A stretch of DNA of 64,000 nt. It comes from Flammeovirgaceae bacterium. GTDB taxonomy: Bacteria; Bacteroidota; Bacteroidia; Cytophagales; Cyclobacteriaceae. Positions 53,277 through 62,677 of the stretch are shown here, piece by piece. The DNA is taken from the NCBI GenBank assembly GCA_027487845.1, contig JAIYCV010000006.1, positions 36,940 to 100,939 on the forward strand. Direction: 5' to 3'. The notes under the pieces are model-generated. The model saw only the letters and a list, made by a program, of their open reading frames with translations, did not search any database and was not told where the DNA came from. The translations under genes and the position numbers were made by a program. How positions within the stretch are numbered: the first letter of the stretch is position 1; every line of letters begins with the position of its first letter.

Positions 53277-56200
53277 TTAACGTTTTAGTGACAAATACCC
53301 CGTCTGTGTTTTCCGGCCTGTGGCATACTCGATCTTATAGAAGTAGGTTCCCACGGGCAGGTCTTCGCCATTGCTGTTTTTTCCGCTGAAAGCGCGCGAG
53401 GCGTTGTCATAATCATCTATTTGGAATACGCGATCGCCCCATCGGTTGTAGATGCTGACGGTGTTTTTTTTGGTGTCTTCTAGCACATCAATGTACTTCA
53501 ATAGCAAGATGGCGTTTTTACTATCACCATTGGCAGAGATGCCGTTATACGCAACCACGATACCAACATCAATTAAAATATCCTGCTGGACACATATCTT
53601 ATTGACATTGCAGACCTCGATCGTTAGTTTTTCCTGCCCTACAAAGTTGATTCCCCCATAGTCAAGCTCTAGCTTGCCATTCGCATCAATGGTTGCTTTT
53701 GCTCCGCTACCGGGTGGTTGAGTTATTTTTAAAGACCTTAGGTCAATGTTGGTAAGATCGTCAATAAGGGAAAGGATATCCAACGAGGATTTGCCTCCGG
53801 CTTCGCAGGCTACCGCAGCGGGTGCAACGTTAGGCGGTGCTACATTGCAAGCCTCTACCACAACCGTGACCCCGTCAGACATTGGGCTGGAGCAACCCTG
53901 CATGTCCTTAACAATAATCGTGTAAGCACCTGCTTTCGATGTAGTAATTTGTTGGGTAGCTTCGCCTGTAGACCACAGATAGTTCGATGCCGTGGTGGTG
54001 GATAAAGTTACCGAACTAGTGCTGCAAATAGTTACCGTTCCATTGGTTGGCGAAGGTGTGCTGGTTACTACTGGCTTAAGCGGCAGAGCATTAATTGTAG
54101 CAATTACTGCCGTTCGTGCACTTTCGCAATTACCAGTGTTTATCGACACATAATAAGTTGTTGTTGCTGTGAGCGAAGGTGTGGTGTAAGTAGCATTGAC
54201 AGCGCCCGCAATGGCTGTGCCCGCTGTGGCAACGTTATACCAAACATATTGGCCAGCCGCACCTCCCGAAGCCGTTAACATTACTGCTCCGTTTCCGCAG
54301 ATGCTTGCGCTTGTGGTGGTGGGTGCTGGCGGTAAGGGATTTATGGTAGCAATTACGGCAGCGCGAGGACTTTCGCATGTTCCATTAAGGATGGAAACAA
54401 AAAAAGTTGTTGATGCGCTAATGGGGGGAGTAGTAAAAGTGCTATTTACTTCACCCGGAATCGCAGTTCCGCCAGAAGCCACATCGTACCAACGATAATT
54501 TCCATTTGTACTTCCAGAAGCGGTGAGTGTTTGAGCGGCAATGGTGCATGAAGTAGAGCCAGTCACTGTTGGAGGTAATGATGGCGTGTTCACTATTAAC
54601 GTAGTGATACTGGAATTTTTGTTGGGAGCGTTGTCACCTCTTACTTTGCACTGGTAACTACCTGCACCAAAGTTTCCATTTGTATTGATATGGAGAGTAG
54701 GGGAGGTTGCACCTGAATAGCCACCTGTATTGGTGATGTCTTCAAAGAGAGAAGTACCGGTGTTCAGTTTCTGCCATTGATAGGTAATATTTGTTGTCCC
54801 TGTAGCAGCTACGCTGAATGTAACTGGAGTTTCAAGGCATACCTCGGCAGTAACAGGCTGTAGGTTGAAGCATAAGGTGGCAATCCCGGGTTTTACTTTT
54901 TGTATGAACGCTCCACCGTCTTCATCAAAAAGTGGGAAGTTGCAATGGCCTGGGTTAAGATCGGAAGAGTGGCTTATGGATCCTGTGGTGTAGATGCTTC
55001 CGTCTGTATCGGTGACGATGGAAAAGCCGTCAGTATTGTTAAAAGATGATCCAGTTGATGCCATATTGTATGCCCATGAAAAATTACCGTTGACATCTAA
55101 TTGCGTTACAAAGATATCCCTGTTTACGTTTGAATTAAGTAAATAGACACCCGTGCCGGGATCGAAATCGGGATTGTAGCTACTTAAACCTTGCCCTGCA
55201 CCTATTGTGAGTATATTTCCAGCAGCATCTACCGTAACATCCGTTGGCTCTGCTCCAAAAGTCCCTCCAAAATTTCTAGCCCAGGTAAAATTACCGGCCG
55301 GTGTGAGCTTCAAAATAAAAATAATGCCCTGATTGGATACAAGGTTTACGATGCCAGCCCCAGGATCAAAATCTACAGTTTGATTAGTTATGATGGTTCC
55401 AAATGTACCCACCAGATGAGGATTACCACTTACATCGAGTGCCAGCGCGTAAGGTAACTCGACACCAGCCCCACCAACAGTATGTGCCCATTGAAATATG
55501 CCTGCGTTGTTTAGCTTGTGGATATAAAGGTCTGTGGCACCTCCACCGATTAAATTTGAGGTTCCGGTTCCAGGATCGAAATCCACAGTACCCGAGAATG
55601 TTCCGGCACTGTATACGTTTCCAGCTGCATCCACTTCAATAGCCCTACCTGCGTCTGTAGCAGAAGTACGACCCAAGCGGTACGCCCAACTAAAATTTCC
55701 GTTTACATCGAGTTTTGAAATAAAGATGTCGGAGAAGGTTGCTGCTCCGGCTGAGGATCTGGATTGAGTGCCTGCGTTAGGATCGAAGTCAACTGTGCCT
55801 GAGAAATTTCCTGTAGTATAAACACCGCTGCCATCACTTGCGATCGAATTTGCAAAGACTGTGTTGGTGCCCGTTCCTCCAAAGCGCTTTGCCCAAACAA
55901 AATTTCCGTTTGTGTCAAGTTTGGTGATGAACATATCGATATTGCCTGTTGAAGTCATGGAGAAAGTGCCAACGCCTGGATCAAAATCAACCGTACCTCT
56001 AAATTCACCAGTAACATAAATGTTCCCGGTGCCATCCAATGATATCTCTGCTGGTTGAGAATAGTTTCTATTATTTAAAGACTTTACCCACACCACGTCT
56101 CGGTTGCCGGTTAGTTTGATAACAAAACTTTCTTGCTCGTTAGCAACAGCGGTTGAAAGAATGTAAGTACCCGTGCCGGAATCAAAATCTACTGTGCCTG

Positions 56201-58322
56201 TAAAATTCCCAACGGCATAAATGTTTCCCGAAGCATCAATATCCATTTTACCGATTTGAACGGTGCCTCCTGATGAAACGCTTGGCTGTGACGTCCAAAC
56301 CAACCCTGGAACTGGCGCACAAGCGTTGGTATTCACCTCAACCGCGACAGGCGCACTTACACAAGCCCCTGTACTCTTTGCGACAGAAAATTTGGTTGGC
56401 GAGGATATCAAAGGTGTGGTAAACGTGCTGTTGGTCTGGCCGTCAATTACAGCACCATTCTCGTCATACCATTGATAATTTCCTTCGACTCCGCCAAAAG
56501 CGGAGATCAGAAATTGGCCTGGGCCGCAACCTGAATTGGCCACCACATACGGTATAGCAATCGATCCGGAGTAAGTCAAGGTTGCGACATTGGAAAAAAT
56601 ATCTGTGACGAGCTCACCCGAGATTTTGCATCGAAAACCACCCGTTCCAGAGCCGTAGGTAATGGTGACAGTAAGGTAGGGGGAATCTGTTCCTTCATAC
56701 CCTTCGTCATCTTCCGAAGGGCCTCCTCCTACTTCTTGATCCACGATATCCACGAAAGTGGATCCATTAAATTTTTGCCACTGATACGCGATGCGGGGAG
56801 CGCCAGCCGCTAAAGCGGTGAGCTGGATACTAGAGTCAAGGCAGGCAACAGTTGAAACAGGTTGTTCGATTACACCAAAGCACGTGGCCGGCACCGATGT
56901 GGAGTTGAGTTTGAGCACGAATGAAGATCCGTCTCCCGATGAATCCGTCAACTTAACGGAAAGACAAACGCCCGTTGCAAAATCTATAGTACCGCTAAAA
57001 TCACCAATTATATAAATGTTTCCCGTATTATCGGTAGTTACAAATGTGCCGTTATTGGTATTTCCTGGTGTGAAAAAACCTTGTGCCCAGAGATAGTTAC
57101 CGTTGTTATCCAACTTCAATACAAATGTTCCTTGCTCTTCGGAATTGGTGGTGAAAATATTGGCAACGCCAACGCCTGGGTCAACGTCCACTTTTTCCGA
57201 GTAATCACCAGTTACAAAAATGTCTCCATTACTGTTGATTGACATGGAATTGGCATAACTATTAAATGCGGAAAGGCCAAGCCCCTTAACCCAAACCAAC
57301 TCCCCGGATGAATTAAGCTTACCAATGAAGCTGTCCGGACCCGTAAGATCGAACCCTTTCCCCAGCGGATCAAAATCAACTGTGCCTCTGAATAGTCCAG
57401 AGAAATAAATACTTCCATCCGCATCTGTGATAATGGAGTTCACTGAATTGCTACCCGAAGCAAGTCCTGTTGTGGATTCCAATAATTCCCACTCCCATAG
57501 TTGATTGCCCCTATTATCCAGTTTGATGATAAAAATCGAATCACCCGATGAGTCAACATCTTCATACTGGCCAGTCAGGTAAATGTTACCCGAGGGATCA
57601 ATAGCAACGGATACCCCTGCATCCCCTTTGCTTCTTCCAAATGACGCTGCCCATTCAAAATTTCCATTAACGTCCAGTTTGCTTACAAAGGCATCGGAAC
57701 CACCATTTGAGGTGAGTTCAAAAGTGGTCACACCATCGGGATCAAAATCCGTAACATCATTGAATGACCCTGTGGTATAAATATTATTTGAGGCATCAGT
57801 TTTAATTGCGCTGATATAATCATTTCCAACTCCTCCGAGTTGTTTAGCAAGAACAAAATTTCCGTTAGGCGTGAGTTTCAAAATCACACCATCCCATCCT
57901 CCCAAAGAGGTGAGCTCAAAATCTGTAACTCCTTGATCAAAGTTAACGGTTTCTGCAAAGTACCCGGCTACCAGAACATTTCCTGCAGCGTCAATTGTAA
58001 TAGAGGTGCCTGCATCGTATTGGGCAGCGCCAAATTGAATAGCCCACACAAAATTCCCGTTGGCATCTACTTTAGAAACAAAGCCATCATAATCGTTGGC
58101 TGTCAGTTCGAAAATTCCTGTGCCCGGGTTGAAGTCTGCCGTCCCAGCAAAACTTCCTGTTGTGTATACATTGCCACTCAAATCGGTAGCTACCGAGCTG
58201 CCATTCAAAATGGCAGGTCCACCAATGTTTTTTGCCCATGCGAGACCAGGCACTTGGGCGGTGCTAACCTTAAATAATGATAGGGTTAGCAATAGAAACA
58301 AAAACAGAAAGTAAGTCTTCAT
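53277..58322 (-). CDS. Large T9SS type B surface protein with two SBBP-like beta-propeller blocks and Ig-like domains
   Basis: Repeated GNVY.TG.F.GT.DFDPG.G...D.FI.KLD.NGNF.WA units, YQWQK and TTTYYV Ig-like modules, and a C-terminal IYNRWG...GTYFY. Confidence 0.9.
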   Translation of the reverse strand: MKTYFLFLFLLLTLSLFKVSTAQVPGLAWAKNIGGPAILNGSSVATDLSGNVYTTGSFAGTADFNPGTGIFELTANDYDGFVSKVDANGNFVWAIQFGAAQYDAGTSITIDAAGNVLVAGYFAETVNFDQGVTDFELTSLGGWDGVILKLTPNGNFVLAKQLGGVGNDYISAIKTDASNNIYTTGSFNDVTDFDPDGVTTFELTSNGGSDAFVSKLDVNGNFEWAASFGRSKGDAGVSVAIDPSGNIYLTGQYEDVDSSGDSIFIIKLDNRGNQLWEWELLESTTGLASGSNSVNSIITDADGSIYFSGLFRGTVDFDPLGKGFDLTGPDSFIGKLNSSGELVWVKGLGLSAFNSYANSMSINSNGDIFVTGDYSEKVDVDPGVGVANIFTTNSEEQGTFVLKLDNNGNYLWAQGFFTPGNTNNGTFVTTDNTGNIYIIGDFSGTIDFATGVCLSVKLTDSSGDGSSFVLKLNSTSVPATCFGVIEQPVSTVACLDSSIQLTALAAGAPRIAYQWQKFNGSTFVDIVDQEVGGGPSEDDEGYEGTDSPYLTVTITYGSGTGGFRCKISGELVTDIFSNVATLTYSGSIAIPYVVANSGCGPGQFLISAFGGVEGNYQWYDENGAVIDGQTNSTFTTPLISSPTKFSVAKSTGACVSAPVAVEVNTNACAPVPGLVWTSQPSVSSGGTVQIGKMDIDASGNIYAVGNFTGTVDFDSGTGTYILSTAVANEQESFVIKLTGNRDVVWVKSLNNRNYSQPAEISLDGTGNIYVTGEFRGTVDFDPGVGTFSMTSTGNIDMFITKLDTNGNFVWAKRFGGTGTNTVFANSIASDGSGVYTTGNFSGTVDFDPNAGTQSRSSAGAATFSDIFISKLDVNGNFSWAYRLGRTSATDAGRAIEVDAAGNVYSAGTFSGTVDFDPGTGTSNLIGGGATDLYIHKLNNAGIFQWAHTVGGAGVELPYALALDVSGNPHLVGTFGTIITNQTVDFDPGAGIVNLVSNQGIIFILKLTPAGNFTWARNFGGTFGAEPTDVTVDAAGNILTIGAGQGLSSYNPDFDPGTGVYLLNSNVNRDIFVTQLDVNGNFSWAYNMASTGSSFNNTDGFSIVTDTDGSIYTTGSISHSSDLNPGHCNFPLFDEDGGAFIQKVKPGIATLCFNLQPVTAEVCLETPVTFSVAATGTTNITYQWQKLNTGTSLFEDITNTGGYSGATSPTLHINTNGNFGAGSYQCKVRGDNAPNKNSSITTLIVNTPSLPPTVTGSTSCTIAAQTLTASGSTNGNYRWYDVASGGTAIPGEVNSTFTTPPISASTTFFVSILNGTCESPRAAVIATINPLPPAPTTTSASICGNGAVMLTASGGAAGQYVWYNVATAGTAIAGAVNATYTTPSLTATTTYYVSINTGNCESARTAVIATINALPLKPVVTSTPSPTNGTVTICSTSSVTLSTTTASNYLWSTGEATQQITTSKAGAYTIIVKDMQGCSSPMSDGVTVVVEACNVAPPNVAPAAVACEAGGKSSLDILSLIDDLTNIDLRSLKITQPPGSGAKATIDANGKLELDYGGINFVGQEKLTIEVCNVNKICVQQDILIDVGIVVAYNGISANGDSKNAILLLKYIDVLEDTKKNTVSIYNRWGDRVFQIDDYDNASRAFSGKNSNGEDLPVGTYFYKIEYATGRKTQTGYLSLKR

Positions 58323-58331
58323 TTTGATAGC

Positions 58332-58703
58332 TTAAGGGAAATAACCAACGCAATTAGTTAGGCACCGAGAATTAATTGGCTCAAATCTCACCAAATTAAA
58401 GGTGCGGGTAAATAGCATGATGATGCTATTCTGTAGAAGACAAAGGCATCGATAAGGGTGATTTGAGCCTGGCAGGGTACACGTAGGGTTTTTTCCCTCT
58501 ACTACCTTGTAGGTTCCTTCGGCTTCATTCCAATGATATGCTAATGCTTTCCATTTTCCGGAGGCTGCCAAAGTCGAATTTGATGGAAGCAGCCAAGGCT
58601 TCCATTGCCCTGCAGTTGGTTCTTTGCCATTGTTAAGCCGATTGGCGATCGCCACAGGACTGAATAATAATCAGCAAGAGCAGGAGTGAGATGCTTTTTT
58701 CAT
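58332..58703 (-). pseudogene. Degraded gene remnant, possibly the N-terminus of a PAP2/haloperoxidase-like lipoprotein
   Basis: The ATG at 58703 stops after 10 codons; a shifted frame reads SISLLLLLIIIQSC (lipobox-like). EPTAGQWKPWLLPS resembles segments I recall from Cytophagales PAP2-like proteins. Weak. Confidence 0.3.
58412..58429. promoter_or_regulatory. 7-4-7 palindrome, candidate LuxR-type regulator site 1
   Basis: ATAGCAT-GATG-ATGCTAT has perfect arms and lies about 90 bp upstream of the 1681-aa surface protein gene. Confidence 0.6.
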
Positions 58704-58737
58704 AAACCAAATCTCATTTGATTAATTGTGACATAAA

Positions 58738-58755
58738 ATCACATGATGATGTGAG
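58738..58755. promoter_or_regulatory. 7-4-7 palindrome, candidate LuxR-type regulator site 2
   Basis: ATCACAT-GATG-ATGTGAG has 6/7 arm matches and lies upstream of the ATG at 58703. Confidence 0.6.
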
Positions 58756-58769
58756 GAGAAACAAAACTT

Positions 58770-59405
58770 CTACACTAATTTCTCGTGAATTGCCTTGCTC
58801 ACCGCTTCCGTTTGAGAATGCACATGAAGCTTTTCATAAATTTTTCGGATGTGTGATCGCACCGTATCTAGGCTAATCTCAAATTCAACCCCGATCATTT
58901 TATAACTGTTGCCCCTGCTCAACGAAGTTAGTACTTCTTTTTCTTTGGGTGTGATTTGATAGGGATTCTCAAGGACAGGCTTTTGTTGCATGGAGCTCAA
59001 CACCATGCGTGCAATGCTGGGCGACATTGGTGCGCCTCCGTCTAGTACTTCTTCAATGGCTGAAAACAGCTTTGCCGAAATGTGCTTCTTCAACAAATAA
59101 CCCGAAGCCCCCGCACAGATGGCATCGAACACATGTTGGTTGTCGTCAAACACGGTGAGCATGAGAATAGGAATAGCTTTATCAACAGCGCGAACCTTTG
59201 CCACTGCTTCAATGCCGGTCATGCCTGGCATATCAATATCCATTAGCAACAAATCAGGATGCTTTTCTTCCAGATGGCTATTTACCTGCATTGGATTTTC
59301 ATAAGCTCCGAGCAATTTCAGGTTGCTATTTAAGCGCAACATTGACTGAATGCTTTCACTCAGCAGCTGATTGTCTTCATAGAGTAAAATGGAGTGTGGT
59401 ATCAT
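58770..59405 (-). CDS. NarL/LuxR-family response regulator
   Basis: LYEDN, DLLLMDIDMPG, LTVFDD, GASGYLLK, and HTH ITPKEKEVL..LSRGNSYKMI..EFEISLDTVRSHIRKIYEKL. Confidence 0.95.
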   Translation of the reverse strand: MIPHSILLYEDNQLLSESIQSMLRLNSNLKLLGAYENPMQVNSHLEEKHPDLLLMDIDMPGMTGIEAVAKVRAVDKAIPILMLTVFDDNQHVFDAICAGASGYLLKKHISAKLFSAIEEVLDGGAPMSPSIARMVLSSMQQKPVLENPYQITPKEKEVLTSLSRGNSYKMIGVEFEISLDTVRSHIRKIYEKLHVHSQTEAVSKAIHEKLV

Positions 59406-59444
59406 ATCAAGCAGTAAATATCATGATTAGAACTATACAGCAGT

Positions 59445-59462
59445 ATCGCATCATCATGCGAT
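59445..59462. promoter_or_regulatory. 7-4-7 palindrome, candidate LuxR-type regulator site 3 (autoregulation)
   Basis: ATCGCAT-CATC-ATGCGAT has perfect arms and lies 40 bp upstream of the regulator start. Confidence 0.6.
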
Positions 59463-61469
59463 GGGTACTTTTAGGTTTACTTCAGTTCCGGCACCCACTT
59501 TACTTTTCAATACCAATGAGGCGTTTATCTCTTTTGCTCGCTCGCGCAAGTTGCGCAGACCATTGCCGGCTTTTACTTTTTGTTCGTCAAAGCCTTGGCC
59601 ATTGTCTTTGATGGACATGACTAATGCATGATCTTGTTGGTGAAGATTGATTTCAATTTTGTTGGCTTGACTATACTTGGCGGCATTGTTGATCGTTTCC
59701 TTAAAAATCAGGAAAAGGTTTTTTCGTTGTTCTGCGTTCAATGTCAAATGCTCAATACCGTTTTCAGTAAACTGATACTCGATGTTTTTCAATTCAAAAA
59801 TTTCCGAGGCAAATTCTCGCATGCGGATGAGCACCTTACTCATAGAATCATTGCGCGGGTTAATGGACCACACCATATCTCCCATATCTTCCATCATGCG
59901 AGCTGATTGATCGCCAATTCGTTGCAGATAACTTTGGGTGTTTCCATTTTTTTCTACAAGCGCCACCTGACTTAAGATGTTAATGCTGGAAAGAGCTGAG
60001 CCCATATCGTCATGCAGGTCGCGGGCAATGTTGTTGCGCACTTTTTCAATTTCGAGTAATCTTTTTGTTCGGTTCATTACCCGATAACGATTCACCAACA
60101 AGACCGCGATTACTAAAATTGAAATCAAGCCGATGCTGCCTAATATTATGATTACCCGTTGTCTGCTAAGCGTGAGCGTTTGTAACTCCTGATCTTTTTT
60201 AAGTAGGGCAATTTCTTTTTCCTTTTTTTCAGCATTGTATTCCTCTTCTAGCTTTTTTAACTGCAAGATCACCTGCTTACCTTTAATCGAGTCGGTGAGT
60301 TGTTGGCCCAGTTTCAGATTCTCAAAGGCTTTTTTAAATTCTTTTCGTGACTCATACCACTTGGCCAGTTCAAAATGACCTTCAGCGCTGTTGTCGAGCG
60401 AACCAACCTCTATCGAGATTTTGATGTTTTTAAGAAGAGTTTGTTCTTCATCTAATTCTTTTTGTTGGTCGTTTCTCAAAGCAATCTGATAGATTTTAAT
60501 TCTTGAAACCAAGGCACTGTCTCCTAGCTGCCGTGCTAGGATTAATGCCTCAGAAAATTTCTTGATTGCCTCCTCAATTTTCCTTGTCTGCTTTAAGAGT
60601 GATCCAATATTGAAAAGTGACCGAGCTTCCTCCATTGATAATTTAAGCTCTTGCGCCCGCACAAGCGCCTTGTTAAAATAAAGCATGGACAGATCTTCTT
60701 TATTGGTTTGTTGATACACAACGCCTAGGCTCATCCACGAAGTGAGTACACCCCTCTTATCACCTAACTCTTCCTTCAGTTTTTCAGATTGCAAAAAATA
60801 CTTTTCTGCAACCCCATATTGCTTGAGGTCGGAATAGTCATTCCCCAAACTGTTCAAACAAAAGGATTGTCCCCGTTTATTTTTCACCTCATCAAACAAG
60901 GCCAGAGCCTTGAGATGATAGTTGGCTGCATTTTTCAGTTCCCCAAGATTATAGTAGGCATTGCCGACATTAAGTGTTTGCCCCGCTCGCGCGGTTTTAT
61001 CTCCATTTTTAAGCAGCCTAAGGGCTTCTTGTAAAAAAGGCAATGCTTCCTTGATTTTTCCTTGATTTTTATAAAATAGCCCGGCTGAATTATTGTAATT
61101 GATCTTTGCTTTTTTATTCGTTGGATTTTGGGCAAGTAATTCGAGTAGGCTAAGATAACATTGCGCGCTGTCAATGTGACCTGCCTGCTGATGCATGGCG
61201 ACTAATCCTGAGTAGCCAGATGCCAAGCCAAAATCGGTTCTCAGTTCTTTTGCCAAAGTAATTTGTTGATAGACATACGATTTTGCTCTGTCCATATCTT
61301 TGCGCATCAATTCAGAAGCAAGGCGGTCAAGTGCTCTTATCTCGTTGGTATCATTGGGATGTATGGCAACTATTTTTAACAGACTATCGATAACAACTGT
61401 TTGTGCGCGGCCAGGTAGCATAGCCATGAACAACAGCAGTAGAACTAGCGTAAATTCCTTTTTCACCAT
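59454..61469 (-). CDS. TPR-repeat sensor histidine kinase (HisKA_3)
   Basis: Signal peptide, multiple TPRs, a TM, IARDLHDDMGS, ETINNAAKYS, DNGQGFD and GNGLRN. Confidence 0.93.
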   Translation of the reverse strand: MVKKEFTLVLLLLFMAMLPGRAQTVVIDSLLKIVAIHPNDTNEIRALDRLASELMRKDMDRAKSYVYQQITLAKELRTDFGLASGYSGLVAMHQQAGHIDSAQCYLSLLELLAQNPTNKKAKINYNNSAGLFYKNQGKIKEALPFLQEALRLLKNGDKTARAGQTLNVGNAYYNLGELKNAANYHLKALALFDEVKNKRGQSFCLNSLGNDYSDLKQYGVAEKYFLQSEKLKEELGDKRGVLTSWMSLGVVYQQTNKEDLSMLYFNKALVRAQELKLSMEEARSLFNIGSLLKQTRKIEEAIKKFSEALILARQLGDSALVSRIKIYQIALRNDQQKELDEEQTLLKNIKISIEVGSLDNSAEGHFELAKWYESRKEFKKAFENLKLGQQLTDSIKGKQVILQLKKLEEEYNAEKKEKEIALLKKDQELQTLTLSRQRVIIILGSIGLISILVIAVLLVNRYRVMNRTKRLLEIEKVRNNIARDLHDDMGSALSSINILSQVALVEKNGNTQSYLQRIGDQSARMMEDMGDMVWSINPRNDSMSKVLIRMREFASEIFELKNIEYQFTENGIEHLTLNAEQRKNLFLIFKETINNAAKYSQANKIEINLHQQDHALVMSIKDNGQGFDEQKVKAGNGLRNLRERAKEINASLVLKSKVGAGTEVNLKVPIA

Positions 61470-61680
61470 TTAAATTTAGACTACTTTTCTCAATTTTTTA
61501 ACGTCAAATAATAAATTAATAGAGACAAAGCGGTGTTTCAATATCGAACGCCCGGTTTCATAACTGAACAAAGCCCCTTTATAAAAAACCAAGAACGACT
61601 TTAATTTAGGGTATTTTAAAGTGGTACACCCTTTGCAAACCCATAAACAGTGAACACAAGAACTACAAATTCAAATCGCC

Positions 61681-62555
61681 ATGCTGAGCTACTATTTGCT
61701 CTTCTTCCTCCGAAACCTCCAACGCCAACGACTTTTCTCATTCATTAATATTCTCGGCCTCTCGGTTGGAATGACAAGCGCCATCCTCATGTATTTATAC
61801 GTGAGCAGCGAGTTGAGCCACGATCGCTTTCACGTAAATGCTGATCAAATCTATCGAATTTACCAGACGTTTATTTGGGGGGAGGACAATGACCATCAAT
61901 TTTCCAGCACTGGGCCTGGGGCCTCCTATGCCATTGCTCAAGAAATTCCAGAAGGAGAGTAGGTAGTTCGCGTTCACACGCACGGTGATTTTTTGATTAG
62001 TTATACTGATACCAAGGCCAAGTAATATCCATCGATCAAGAAAAAGTATTAGCAGCTGATTCAAATTTTTTTCAGGCATTTACTTTTCCCCTCGTGAAAG
62101 GCAATCCAAAAACAGGATTGCAAAGTCCGCAAACATTAGTATTGACTGAATCAGTGGCAAAAAAATATTTTGGAAGTGAAGAGCCGTTGGGAAAAATGGT
62201 GCGGTTGGGCGAAGGTGATGCCCAACAAACTTATGAAGTCACGGGCGTAGCGAAAGACATACCAACAAACTCTTACATACAATTTGATGCTTTCCATGAA
62301 CAGCTTCCCGAAAGTGAGGAAACTGTATTGGAGTTGGATATGGACTCAATTGGAGGCATTTGTTGTTTTGAAACCGGGGAGTTCAATTGAAACGGCTCGA
62401 GCGAGGCTTAATTAAGCAGAAAAAGTAACCATTTCCTAGATGGAAAGCTAGATGTTAAACACCGGTTAGAAGTGCTGCAAAAATCCGGAGACACTTGTCG
62501 ATCACTTTCATATGTCCCGAATCTTGATGAAAATAACATCCACTTACCTGGCAAA
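61681..62555 (+). pseudogene. Decayed ABC transporter permease (MacB/FtsX family)
   Basis: FSFINILGLSVGM...ELSHDRFH.NAD.IYR N-terminus, with TAG at 61960 and TAA about 20 codons later. Frameshifted continuations read ADSNFF..F.FPL.KG, VLTES.AKKYFG and YWSWIWTQLE. The 3' limit is approximate. Confidence 0.85.
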
Positions 62556-62677
62556 ATTAATGAGTTCTAGGCTATGTTGCTGCCATTTTTTTTGCCGATT
62601 CTGTAATAGAAGCAGATTGCGAACCACCAAGGTACGGCTGCGGAGGCAAAATGATCTTGGAGGCTTGACTACTTGCG

